A DNA stretch of 64,000 nucleotides, taken from assembly GCA_040954595.2 (NCBI GenBank), contig CM082596.2, forward strand, positions 467,468-531,467. The letters are read 5' to 3'. Below, in pieces: positions 1 to 13,621 of the stretch. Below the pieces are notes generated by a model. That model was not told the origin of the DNA and did not search any database. It saw nothing but the letters and a program-made list of their open reading frames with translations. A program made the position numbers and the translations under genes. The DNA is from Balanoglossus misakiensis (Eukaryota; Animalia; Hemichordata). Numbering within the stretch: the stretch's first letter is position 1; each line of letters starts with the position of its first letter.

Positions 1-3000
1 TTTGGGAATTTCGAAATTTGGTGATTTTTGATAAAAAAACCATGGGATATAGCCTAGAAAATCGCGAAAAACGACCATTTTTCGCTTTGGGATTTTCGAA
101 ATTTGGTGATTTTTTGAAAAACCATGGGTTATAGCTCAGGAAAATCGCGAAAAATCGACCATTTTTTCGACTTTTTGGGAAATTTTCGAAATTTGGTGAT
201 TTTTTGATAAAAACCATGGGTTATAGCTCAGGAAAATCGCGAAAAATCGACCATTTTTCGACTTTGGGAATTTTCGAAATTTTGGTGATTTTTTGATAAA
301 AACCATGGGTTATAGCTCAGGAAAATCGCGAAAAATCGACCATTTTTCGACTTTGGGAATTTTCGAAATTTGGTGATTTTTTGATAAAAACCATGGGTTA
401 TAGCTCAGGAAAATCGCGAAAATCGACCATTTTTCGACTTTGGGAATTTTCGAAATTTGGTGATTTTTTGATAAAAACCATGGGTTATAGCTCAGGAAAA
501 TCGCGAAAAAATCGACCATTTTTCGACTTTGGGAATTTTCGAAATTTGGTGATTTTTTGATAAAAACCATGGGTTATAGCTCAGGAAAATCGCGAAAATC
601 GACCATTTTTCGACTTTGGGAATTTTCGAAATTTGGTGATTTTTTGATAAAAATTCATGGGTTATAGCTCAGGAAAATCGCGAAAAATCGACCATTTTTC
701 GACTTTGGGAATTTTCGAAATTTGGTGATTTTTTGATAAAAATCATGGGTTATAGCTCAGGAAAATCGCGAAAAATCGACCATTTTTCGACTTTGGGAAT
801 TTTCGAAATTTGGTGATTTTTTGATAAAATCATGGGTTATAGCTCAGGAAAATCGCGAAAAATCGACCATTTTTCGACTTTGGGAATTTTCGAAATTTGG
901 TGATTTTTTGATAAAAACCATGGGTTATAGCTCAGGAAAATCGCGAAAAATCGACCATTTTTCGACTTTGGGAATTTTCGAAATTTGGTGATTTTTTGAT
1001 AAAAATCATGGGTTATAGCTCAGGAAAATCGCGAAAAATCGACCATTTTTCGACTTTGGGAATTTTCGAAATTTGGTGATTTTTTGATAAAAATCATGGG
1101 TTATAGCTCAGGAAAATCGCGAAAAATCGACCATTTTTCGACTTTGGGAATTTTCGAAATTTGGTGATTTTTTGATAAAAATCATGGGTTATAGCTCAGG
1201 AAAATCGCGAAAAATCGACCATTTTCGACTTTGGGAATTTTCGAAATTTGGTGATTTTTTGATAAAAAATCATGGGTTATAGCTCAGGAAAATCGCGAAA
1301 AATCGACCATTTTTCGACTTTGGGAATTTTCGAAATTTGGTGATTTTTTGATAAAAACCATGGTTATAGCTCAGGAAAATCGCGAAAAATCGACCATTTT
1401 TCGACTTTGGGAATTTTCGAAATTTGGTGATTTTTTGATAAAAACCATGGGTTATAGCTCAGGAAAATCGCGAAAAATCGACCATTTTTCGACTTTGGGA
1501 ATTTTCGAAATTTGGTGATTTTTTGATAAAAACCATGGGTTATAGCTCAGGAAAATCGCGAAAAATCGACCATTTTTCGACTTTGGGAATTTTCGAAATT
1601 TGGTGATTTTTTGATAAAAACCATGGGTTATAGCTCAGGAAAATCGCGAAAAATCGACCATTTTTCGACTTTGGGAATTTTCGAAATTTGGTGATTTTTT
1701 GATAAAAATCATGGGTTATAGCTCAGGAAAATCGCGAAAAATCGACCATTTTTCGACTTTGGGAATTTTCGAAATTTGGTGATTTTTTGATAAAAATCAT
1801 GGGTTATAGCTCAGGAAAATCGCGAAAAATCGACCATTTTTCGACTTTGGGAATTTTCGAAATTTGGTGATTTTTTGATAAAACCATGGGTTATAGCTCA
1901 GGAAAATCGCGAAAAATCGACCATTTTTCGACTTTGGGAATTTTCGAAATTTGGTGATTTTTTGATAAAAATCCATGGGTTATAGCTCAGGAAAATCGCG
2001 AAAAATCGACCATTTTCGACTTTGGGAATTTTCGAAATTTGGTGATTTTTTGATAAAAACCATGGGTTATAGCTCAGGAAAATCGCGAAAAATCGACCAT
2101 TTTTCGACTTTGGGAATTTTCGAAATTTGGTGATTTTTTGATAAAAACCATGGGTTATAGCTCAGAAAATCGCGAAAATCGACCATTTTTCGACTTTGGG
2201 AATTTTCGAAATTTGGTGATTTTTTGATAAAAATCATGGGTTATAGCTCAGGAAAATCGCGAAAAATCGACCATTTTTCGACTTTGGGAATTTTCGAAAT
2301 TTGGTGATTTTTTGATAAAAACCATGGGTTATAGCTCAGGAAAATCGCGAAAAATCGACCATTTTTCGACTTTGGGAATTTTCGAAATTTGGTGATTTTT
2401 TGATAAAAATCATGGGTTATAGCTCAGGAAAATCGCGAAAAATCGACCATTTTTCGACTTTGGGAATTTTCGAAATTTGGTGATTTTTTGATAAAAACCA
2501 TGGGTTATAGCTCAGGAAAATCGCGAAAAATCGACCATTTTTCGACTTTGGGAATTTTCGAAATTTGGTGATTTTTTGATAAAAACCATGGGTTATAGCT
2601 CAGGAAATCGCGAAAAATCGACCATTTTTCGACTTTGGGAATTTTCGAAATTTGGTGATTTTTTGATAAAAACCATGGGTTATAGCTCAGGAAAATCGCG
2701 AAAAATCGACCATTTTTCGACTTTGGGAATTTTCGAAATTTGGTGATTTTTTGATAAAAACCATGGGTTATAGCTCAGGAAAATCGCGAAAAATCGACCA
2801 TTTTTCGACTTTGGGAATTTTCGAAATTTGGTGATTTTTTGATAAAAACCATGGGTTATAGCTCAGGAAAATCGCGAAAAATCGACCATTTTTCGACTTT
2901 GGGAATTTTCGAAATTTGGTGATTTTTTGATAAAAATCATGGGTTATAGCTCAGGAAAATCGCGAAAAATCGACCATTTTTCGACTTTGGGAATTTTCGA

Positions 3001-6000
3001 AATTTGGTGATTTTTTGATAAAAACCATGGGTTATAGCTCAGGAAAATCGCGAAAAATCGACCATTTTTCGACTTTGGGAATTTTCGAAATTTGGTGATT
3101 TTTTGATAAAAATCCATGGGTTATAGCTCAGGAAAATCGCGAAAAATCGACCATTTTTCGACTTTGGGAATTTTCGAAATTTGGTGATTTTTTGATAAAA
3201 ACCATGGGTTATAGCTCAGGAAAATCGCGAAAAATCGACCATTTTTCGACTTTGGGGAATTTTCGAAATTGGTGATTTTTTGATAAAAACTCATGGGTTA
3301 TAGCTCAGGAAAATCGCGAAAAATCGACCATTTTTCGACTTTGGGAATTTTCGAAATTTGGTGATTTTTTGATAAAAACCATGGGTTATAGCTCAGGAAA
3401 ATCGCGAAAAATCGACCATTTTTCGACTTTGGGAATTTTCGAAATTTGGTGATTTTTTGATAAAAATCATGGTTATAGCTCAGGAAAATCGCGAAAAATC
3501 GACCATTTTTCGACTTTGGGAATTTTCGAAATTTGGTGATTTTTTGATAAAAATCATGGGTTATAGCTCAGGAAAATCGCGAAAAATCGACCATTTTTCG
3601 ACTTTGGGAATTTTCGAAATTTGGTGATTTTTTGATAAAAATCATGGGTTATAGCTCAGGAAAATCGCGAAAAATCGACCATTTTTCGACTTTGGGAATT
3701 TTCGAAATTTGGTGATTTTTGATAAAAATCATGGGTTATAGCTCAGGAAAATCGCGAAAAAATCGACCATTTTCGACTTTGGGAATTTTCGAAATTTGGT
3801 GATTTTTTGATAAAAACCATGGGTTATAGCTCAGGAAAATCGCGAAAAATCGACCATTTTTCGACTTTGGGAATTTTCGAAATTTGGTGATTTTTTGATA
3901 AAAACCATGGGTTATAGCTCAGGAAAATCGCGAAAAATCGACCATTTTTCGACTTTTGGGAATTTTCGAAATTTGGTGATTTTTTGATAAAAACCATGGG
4001 TTATAGCTCAGGAAAATCGCGAAAAATCGACCATTTTTCGACTTTGGGAATTTTCGAAATTTGGTGATTTTTTGATAAAAATCCATGGGTTATAGCTCAG
4101 GAAAATCGCGAAAAATCGACCATTTTTCGACTTTGGGAATTTTCGAAATTTGGTGATTTTTTGATAAAAACCATGGGTTATAGCTCAGGAAAATCGCGAA
4201 AAATCGACCATTTTTCGACTTTGGGAATTTTCGAAATTTGGTGATTTTTTGATAAAAATCATGGGTTATAGCTCAGGAAAATCGCGAAAAATCGACCATT
4301 TTTCGACTTTGGGAATTTTCGAAATTTGGTGATTTTTTGATAAAAATCATGGGTTATAGCTCAGGAAAATCGCGAAAAATCGACCATTTTTCGACTTTGG
4401 GATTTTCGAAATTTGGTGATTTTTTGATAAAAATCATGGGTTATAGCTCAGGAAAATCGCGAAAAATCGACCATTTTTCGACTTTGGGAATTTTCGAAAT
4501 TTGGTGATTTTTGATAAAAACCATGGGTTATAGCTCAGGAAAATCGCGAAAAATCGACCATTTTTCGACTTTAGGAATTTTCGAAATTTGGTGATTTTTT
4601 GATAAAAATCATGGGTTATAGCTCAGGAAAATCGCGAAAAATCGACCATTTTTCGACTTTGGGAATTTTCGAAATTTGGTGATTTTTTGATAAAAATCAT
4701 GGGTTATAGCTCAGGAAAATCGCGAAAAATCGACCATTTTTCGACTTTGGGAATTTTCGAAATTTGGTGATTTTTTGATAAAAATCATGGGTTATAGCTC
4801 AGGAAAAATCGCGAAAAATCGACCATTTTTCGACTTTGGAATTTTCGAAATTTGGTGATTTTTTGATAAAAATCATGGGTTATAGCTCAGGAAAATCGCG
4901 AAAAATCGACCATTTTTCGACTTTGGGAATTTTCGAAATTTGGTGATTTTTTGATAAAAACCATGAGTTATAGCTCAGGAAAATCGCGATAAATCGACCA
5001 TTTTTCGACTTTGGGAATTTTCGAAATTTGGTGATTTTTTGATAAAAACCATGGGTTATAGCTCAGGAAAATCGCGAAAAATCGACCATTTTTCGACTTT
5101 GGGAATTTTCGAAATTTGGTGATTTTTTGATAAAAATCATGGGTTATAGCTCAGGAAAATCGCGAAAAATCGACCATTTTTCGACTTTGGGAATTTTCGA
5201 AATTTGGTGATTTTTGATAAAATCATGGGTTATAGCTCAGGAAAATCGCGAAAAATCGACCATTTTTCGACTTTGGGAATTTTCGAAATTTGGTGATTTT
5301 TTGATAAAAATCATGGGTTATAGCTCAGGAAAATCGCGAAAAATCGACCATTTTTCGACTTTGGGAATTTTCGAAATTTGGTGATTTTTTGATAAAAATC
5401 ATGGGTTATAGCTCAGGAAAATCGCGAAAAATCGACCATTTTCGACTTTGGGAATTTTCGAAATTTGGTGATTTTTTGATAAAAACCATGGGTTATAGCT
5501 CAGAAAATCGCGAAAAATCGACCATTTTTCGACTTTGGGAATTTTCGAAATTTGGTGATTTTTTGATAAAAATCATGGGTTATAGCTCAGGAAAATCGCG
5601 AAAAATCGACCATTTTTCGACTTTGGGAATTTTCGAAATTTGGTGATTTTTGATAAAAATCATGGGTTATAGCTCAGGAAAATCGCGAAAAATCGACCAT
5701 TTTTCGACTTTGGGAATTTTCGAAATTTGGTGATTTTTTGATAAAAATCAAGGTTAATAGCTCAGGAAAATCGCGAAAAATCGACCATTTTTCGACTTTG
5801 GGAATTTTCGAAATTTGGTGATTTTTTGATAAAAATCATGGGTTATAGCTCAGGAAAATCGCGAAAAATCGACCATTTTTCGACTTTGGGAATTTTCGAA
5901 ATTTGGTGATTTTTTGATAAAAACCATGGGTTATAGCTCAGGAAAATCGCGAAAAATCGACCATTTTTCGACTTTGGGAATTTTCGAAATTTGGTGATTT

Positions 6001-9000
6001 TTTGATAAAAACCATGGGTTATAGCTCAGGAAAATCGCGAAAAATCGACCATTTTTCGACTTTGGGAATTTTCGAAATTTGGTGATTTTTTGATAAAAAT
6101 CATGGGTTATAGCTCAGGAAAATCGCGAAAAATCGACCATTTTTCGACTTTGGGAATTTTCGAAATTTGGTGATTTTTTGATAAAAATCATGGGTTATAG
6201 CTCAGGAAAATCGCGAAAAATCGACCATTTTTCGACTTTGGGAATTTTCGAAATTTGGTGATTTTTTGATAAAAATCATGGGTTATAGCTCAGGAAAATC
6301 GCGAAAAATCGACCATTTTTCGACTTTGGGAATTTCGAAATTTGGTGATTTTTGATAAAAATCATGGGTTATAGCTCAGGAAAATCGCGAAAAATCGACC
6401 ATTTTTCGACTTTGGGAATTTTCGAAATTTGGTGATTTTTTGATAAAAACCATGGGTTATAGCTCAGGAAAATCGCGAAAAATCGACCATTTTTCGACTT
6501 TGGGAATTTTCGAAATTTGGTGATTTTTTGATAAAAATCATGGGTTATAGCTCAGGAAAATCGCGAAAAATCGACCATTTTTCGACTTTGGGAATTTTCG
6601 AAATTTGGTGATTTTTTGATAAAAATCATGGGTTATAGCTCAGGAAAATCGCGAAAATCGACCATTTTTCGACTTTGGGAATTTTCGAAATTTGGTGATT
6701 TTTTGATAAAAATCATGGGTTATAGCTCAGGAAAATCGCGAAAAATCGACCATTTTTCGACTTTGGGAATTTTCGAAATTTGGTGATTTTTTGATAAAAA
6801 TCATGGGTTATAGCTCAGGAAAATCGCGAAAAATCGACCATTTTTCGACTTTGGGAATTTTCGAAATTTGGTGATTTTTTGATAAAAACCATGGGTTATA
6901 GCTCAGGAAAATCGCGAAAAATCGACCATTTTTCGATTTTGGGAATTTTCGAAATTTGGTGATTTTTTGATAAAAACCATGGGTTATAGCTCAGGAAAAT
7001 CGCGAAAAATCGACCATTTTTCGACTTTGGGAATTTTCGAAATTTGGTGATTTTTTGATAAAAACCATGGGTTATAGCTCAGGAAAATCGCGAAAATCGA
7101 CCATTTTTCGACTTTGGGAATTTTCGAAATTTGGTGATTTTTTGATAAAAATCATGGGTTATAGCTCAGGAAAATCGCGAAAAATCGACCATTTTTCGAC
7201 TTTGGGAATTTTCGAAATTTGGTGATTTTTTGATAAAAATCATGGGTTATAGCTCAGGAAAATCGCGAAAAATCGACCATTTTTCGACTTTGGGAATTTT
7301 CGAAATTTGGTGATTTTTTGATAAAAATCATGGGTTATAGCTCAGGAAAATCGCGAAAATCGACCATTTTTCGACTTTGGGAATTTTCGAAATTTGGTGA
7401 TTTTTTGATAAAAATCATGGGTTATAGCTCAGGAAAATCGCGAAAAATCGACCATTTTTCGACTTTGGGAATTTTCGAAATTTGGTGATTTTTTGATAAA
7501 AACCATGGGTTATAGCTCAGGAAAATCGCGAAAAATCGACCATTTTTCGACTTTGGGAATTTTCGAAATTTGGTGATTTTTTGATAAAAATCATGGGTTA
7601 TAGCTCAGGAAAATCGCGAAAAATCGACCATTTTTCGACTTTGGGAATTTTCGAAATTTGGTGATTTTTTGATAAAAATCATGGGTTATAGCTCAGGAAA
7701 ATCGCGAAAAATCGACTATTTTTCGACTTTGGGAATTTTCGAAATTTGGTGATTTTTTGATAAAAATCATGGGTTATAGCTCAGGAAAATCGCGAAAAAT
7801 CGACCATTTTTCGACTTTGGGAATTTTCGAAATTTGGTGATTTTTTGATAAAAATCATGGGTTATAGCTCAGGAAAATCGCGAAAAATCGACCATTTTTC
7901 GACTTTGGGAATTTTCGAAATTTGGTGATTTTTTGATAAAAACCATGGGTTATAGCTCAGGAAAATCGCGAAAAATCGACCATTTTTCGATTTTGGGAAT
8001 TTTCGAAATTTGGTGATTTTTTGATAAAAACCATGGGTTATAGCTCAGGAAAATCGCGAAAAATCGACCATTTTTCGACTTTGGGAATTTTCGAAATTTG
8101 GTGATTTTTTGATAAAAACCATGGGTTATAGCTCAGGAAAATCGCGAAAAATCGACCATTTTTCGACTTTGGGAATTTTCGAAATTTGGTGATTTTTTGA
8201 TAAAAATCATGGGTTATAGCTCAGGAAAATCGCGAAAAATCGACCATTTTTCGACTTTGGGAATTTTCGAAATTTGGTGATTTTTTGATAAAAATCATGG
8301 GTTATAGCTCAGGAAAATCGCGAAAAATCGACCATTTTTCGACTTTGGGAATTTTCGAAATTTGGTGATTTTTTGATAAAAATCATGGGTTATAGCTCAG
8401 GAAAATCGCGAAAAATCGACCATTTTTCGACTTTGGGAATTTTCGAAATTTGGTGATTTTTTGATAAAAATCATGGGTTATAGCTCAGGAAAATCGCGAA
8501 AAATCGACCATTTTTCGACTTTGGGAATTTTCGAAATTTGGTGATTTTTTGATAAAAATCATGGGTTATAGCTCAGGAAAATCGCGAAAAATCGACCATT
8601 TTTCGACTTTGGGAATTTTCGAAATTTGGTGAGTTTTTGATAAAAACCATGGGTTATAGCTCAGGAAAATCGCGAAAAATCGACCATTTTTCGATTTTGG
8701 GAATTTTCGAAATTTGGTGATTTTTTGATAAAAACCATGGGTTATAGCTCAGGAAAATCGCGAAAAATCGACCATTTTTCGACTTTGGGAATTTTCGAAA
8801 TTTGGTGATTTTTTGATAAAAACCATGGGTTATAGCTCAGGAAAATCGCGAAAAATCGACCATTTTTCGACTTTGGGAATTTTCGAAATTTGGTGATTTT
8901 TTGATAAAAACCATGGGTTATAGCTCAGGAAAATCGCGAAAAATCGACCATTTTTCGACTTTGGGAATTTTCGAAATTTGGTGATTTTTTGATAAAAATC

Positions 9001-12000
9001 ATGGGTTATAGCTCAGGAAAATCGCGAAAAATCGACCATTTTTCGACTTTGGGAATTTTCGAAATTTGGTGATTTTTTGATAAAAACCATGGGTTATAGC
9101 TCAGGAAAATCGCGAAAAATCGACCATTTTTCGACTTTGGGAATTTTCGAAATTTGGTGATTTTTTGATAAAAACCATGGGTTATAGCTCAGGAAAATCG
9201 CGAAAAATCGACCATTTTTCGACTTTGGGAATTTTCGAAATTTGGTGATTTTTTGATAAAAATCATGGGTTATAGCTCAGGAAAATCGCGAAAAATCGAC
9301 CATTTTTCGACTTTGGGAATTTTCGAAATTTGGTGATTTTTTGATAAAAATCATGGGTTATAGCTCAGGAAAATCGCGAAAAATCGACCATTTTTCGACT
9401 TTGGGAATTTTCGAAATTTGGTGATTTTTTGATAAAAACCATGGGTTATAGCTCAGGAAAATCGCGAAAAATCGACCATTTTTCGACTTTGGGAATTTTC
9501 GAAATTTGGTGATTTTTTGATAAAAACCATGGGTTATAGCTCAGGAAAATCGCGAAAAATCGACCATTTTTCGACTTTGGGAATTTTCGAAATTTGGTGA
9601 TTTTTTGATAAAAATCATGGGTTATAGCTCAGGAAAATCGCGAAAAATCGACCATTTTTCGACTTTGGGAATTTTCGAAATTTGGTGATTTTTTGATAAA
9701 AATCATGGGTTATAGCTCAGGAAAATCGCGAAAAATCGACCATTTTTCGACTTTGGGAATTTTCGAAATTTGGTGATTTTTTGATAAAAATCATGGGTTA
9801 TAGCTCAGGAAAATCGCGAAAAATCGACCATTTTTCGACTTTGGGAATTTTCGAAATTTGGTGATTTTTTGATAAAAATCATGGGTTATAGCTCAGGAAA
9901 ATCGCGAAAAATCGACCATTTTTCGACTTTGGGAATTTTCGAAATTTGGTGATTTTTTGATAAAAACCATGGGTTATAGCTCAGGAAAATCGCGAAAAAT
10001 CGACCATTTTTCGACTTTGGGAATTTTCGAAATTTGGTGATTTTTTGATAAAAATCATGGGTTATAGCTCAGGAAAATCGCGAAAAATCGACCATTTTTC
10101 GACTTTGGGAATTTTCGAAATTTGGTGATTTTTTGATAAAAATCATGGGTTATAGCTCAGGAAAATCGCGAAAAATCGACCATTTTTCGACTTTGGGAAT
10201 TTTCGAAATTTGGTGATTTTTTGATAAAAATCATGGGTTATAGCTCAGGAAAATCGCGAAAAATCGACCATTTTTCGACTTTGGGAATTTTCGAAATTTG
10301 GTGATTTTTTGATAAAAATCATGGGTTATAGCTCAGGAAAATCGCGAAAAATCGACCATTTTTCGACTTTGGGAATTTTCGAAATTTGGTGATTTTTTGA
10401 TAAAAACCATGGGTTATAGCTCAGGAAAATCGCGAAAAATCGACCATTTTTCGATTTTGGGAATTTTCGAAATTTGGTGATTTTTTGATAAAAACCATGG
10501 GTTATAGCTCAGGAAAATCGCGAAAAATCGACCATTTTTCGACTTTGGGAATTTTCGAAATTTGGTGATTTTTTGATAAAAACCATGGGTTATAGCTCAG
10601 GAAAATCGCGAAAAATCGACCATTTTTCGACTTTGGGAATTTTCGAAATTTGGTGATTTTTTGATAAAAATCATGGGTTATAGCTCAGGAAAATCGCGAA
10701 AAATCGACCATTTTTCGACTTTGGGAATTTTCGAAATTTGGTGATTTTTTGATAAAAATCATGGGTTATAGCTCAGGAAAATCGCGAAAAATCGACCATT
10801 TTTCGACTTTGGGAATTTTCGAAATTTGGTGATTTTTTGATAAAAACCATGGGTTATAGCTCAGGAAAATCGCGAAAAATCGACCATTTTTCGATTTTGG
10901 GAATTTTCGAAATTTGGTGATTTTTTGATAAAAACCATGGGTTATAGCTCAGGAAAATCGCGAAAAATCGACCATTTTTCGACTTTGGGAATTTTCGAAA
11001 TTTGGTGATTTTTTGATAAAAACCATGGGTTATAGCTCAGGAAAATCGCGAAAAATCGACCATTTTTCGACTTTGGGAATTTTCGAAATTTGGTGATTTT
11101 TTGATAAAAATCATGGGTTATAGCTCAGGAAAATCGCGAAAAATCGACCATTTTTCGACTTTGGGAATTTTTGAAATTTGGTGATTTTTTGATAAAAATC
11201 ATGGGTTATAGCTCAGGAAAATCGCGAAAAATCGACCATTTTTCGACTTTGGGAATTTTCGAAATTTGGTGATTTTTTGATAAAAATCATGGGTTATAGC
11301 TCAGGAAAATCGCGAAAAATCGACCATTTTTCGACTTTGGGAATTTTCGAAATTTGGTGATTTTTTGATAAAAACCATGGGTTATAGCTCAGGAAAATCG
11401 CGAAAAATCGACCATTTTTCGACTTTGGGAATTTTCGAAATTTGGTGATTTTTTGATAAAAATCATGGGTTATAGCTCAGGAAAATCGCGAAAAATCGAC
11501 CATTTTTCGACTTTGGGAATTTTCGAAATTTGGTGATTTTTTGATAAAAATCATGGGTTATAGCTCAGGAAAATCGCGAAAAATCGACCATTTTTCGACT
11601 TTGGGAATTTTCGAAATTTGGTGATTTTTTGATAAAAATCATGGGTTATAGCTCAGGAAAATCGCGAAAAATCGACCATTTTTCGACTTTGGGAATTTTC
11701 GAAATTTGGTGATTTTTTGATAAAAATCATGGGTTATAGCTCAGGAAAATCGCGAAAAATCGACCATTTTTCGACTTTGGGAATTTTCGAAATTTGGTGA
11801 TTTTTTGATAAAAATCATGGGTTATAGCTCAGGAAAATCGCGAAAAATCGACCATTTTTCGACTTTGGGAATTTTCGAAATTTGGTGATTTTTTGATAAA
11901 AATCATGGGTTATAGCTCAGGAAAATCGCGAAAAATCGACCATTTTTCGACTTTGGGAATTTTCGAAATTTGGTGATTTTTTGATAAAAATCATGGGTTA

Positions 12001-13030
12001 TAGCTCAGGAAAATCGCGAAAAATCGACCATTTTTCGACTTTGGGAATTTTCGAAATTTGGTGATTTTTTCATAAAAACCATGGGTTATAGCTCAGGAAA
12101 ATCGCGAAAAATCGACCATTTTTCGACTTTGGGAATTTTCGAAATTTGGTGATTTTTTCATAAAAACCATGGGTTATAGCTCAGGAAAATCGCGAAAAAT
12201 CGACCATTTTTCGACTTTGGTGATTTTTTGATAAAAACCATGGGTTATAGCTCAGGAAAATCGCGAAAAATCGACCATTTTTCGACTTTGGGAATTTTCA
12301 AAATTTGGTGATTTTTTGATAAAAACCATGGGTTATAGCTCAGGAAAATCGCGAAAAATCGACCATTTTTCGACTTTGGGAATTTTCGAAATTTGGTGAT
12401 TTTTTGATAAAAACCATGGGTTATAGCTCAGGAAAATCGCGAAAAATCGACCATTTTTCGACTTTGGGAATTTTCGAAATTTGGTGATTTTTTGATAAAA
12501 ATCATGGGTTATAGCTCAGGAAAATCGCGAAAAATCGACCATTTTTCGACTTTGGGAATTTTCGAAATTTGGTGATTTTTTGATAAAAATCATGGGTTAT
12601 AGCTCAGGAAAATCGCGAAAAATCGACCATTTTTCGACTTTGGGAATTTTCGAAATTTGGTGATTTTTTGATAAAAACCATGGGTTATAGCTCAGGAAAA
12701 TCGCGAAAAATCGACCATTTTTCGACTTTGGGAATTTTCGAAATTTGGTGATTTTTTGATAAAAACCATGGGTTATAGCTCAGGAAAATCGCGAAAAATC
12801 GACCATTTTTCGACTTTGGGAATTTTCGAAATTTGGTGATTTTTTGATAAAAACCATGGGTTATAGCTCAGGAAAATCGCGAAAAATCGACCATTTTTCG
12901 ACTTTGGGAATTTTCGAAATTTGGTGATTTTTTGATAAAAACCATGGGTTATAGCTCAGGAAAATCGCGAAAAATCGACCATTTTTCGACTTTTCCAAAA
13001 CTCGAAATTTGGCCGATTTTTGAAAAAATC
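1..13030 (+). repeat. 88-bp tandem satellite array, family A (~147 copies)
   Basis: Consensus CATGGGTTATAGCTCAGGAAAATCGCGAAAAATCGACCATTTTTCGACTTTGGGAATTTTCGAAATTTGGTGATTTTTTGATAAAAA(C/T). The period was measured between successive CATGGG (1622 to 1710 = 88). Copies are near-identical apart from one C/T site and homopolymer-length changes. Confidence 0.99.
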
Positions 13031-13151
13031 ATGGGTTATAGCTCAGGAAAATCATCAAAAATCGACGAATTTTCGAGTTTTGGAAAAGTCGAAAATTCGT
13101 CGATTTTTGATGATTTTCCTGAGCTATAACCCATGATTTCTTCAAAAATCG
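13014..13151. repeat. Palindromic inversion junction 1
   Basis: Perfect 51-bp arms at 13026-13076 and 13089-13139 around a 12-bp spacer (GTTTTGGAAAAG). The arms extend to 13014/13151 with one mismatch. Confidence 0.95.
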
Positions 13152-13574
13152 ACGATTTTTGGAAGTTTGGAAAAGTCGAAAATTCGGCGATTTTTGACGA
13201 TTTTCCTGAGCTATAACCCATGATTTCTTCAAAAATCGACGATTTTTGGAAGTTTGGAAAAGTCGAAAATTCGGCGATTTTTGACGATTTTCCTGAGCTA
13301 TAACCCATGATTTCTTCAAAAATCGACGATTTTTGGAAGTTTGGAAAAGTCGAAAAATCGGCGATTTTTGACGATTTTCCTGAGCTATAACCCATGATTT
13401 CTTCAAAAATCGACGGTTTTTGGAAGTTTGGAAAAGTCGAAAAATCGGCGATTTTTGACGATTTTCCTGAGCTATAACCCATGATTTCTTCAAAAATCGA
13501 CGATTTTTGGAAGTTTGGAAAAGTCGAAAAATCGGCGATTTTTGATGATTTTCCTGAGCTATAACCCATGATTT
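13089..13574 (-). repeat. Inverted, diverged satellite subfamily B (87-bp monomer, ~5.5 copies)
   Basis: Reverse-complement core TTTTCCTGAGCTATAACCCATG repeats every 87 bp (CCATGA at 13131 and 13218). The rest of the monomer differs from family A (e.g. TTTTCCAAACTTCCAAAAATCGTCG on the - strand). Confidence 0.95.
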
Positions 13575-13621
13575 GGTCGATTCTTGACAAAAATCATGGG
13601 TTATAGCTCATGAAAATCATC
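13544..13621. repeat. Palindromic inversion junction 2
   Basis: 31-bp arms at 13544-13574 and 13591-13621 (1 mismatch) around a 16-bp spacer. Confidence 0.9.

Noticed and set aside
1-13030. CRISPR array
   Set aside because: Monomers are contiguous and near-identical with no unique spacers, there are no cas genes, and the context is eukaryotic.
310-13590. Repetitive ORFs in the satellite (310..570, 5389..5646, 12932..13129, 13029..13493, 13036..13590)
   Set aside because: These are by-products of tandem repeats. The 87-bp B monomer is a multiple of 3 and indels open frames in family A; there is no domain or splice context.
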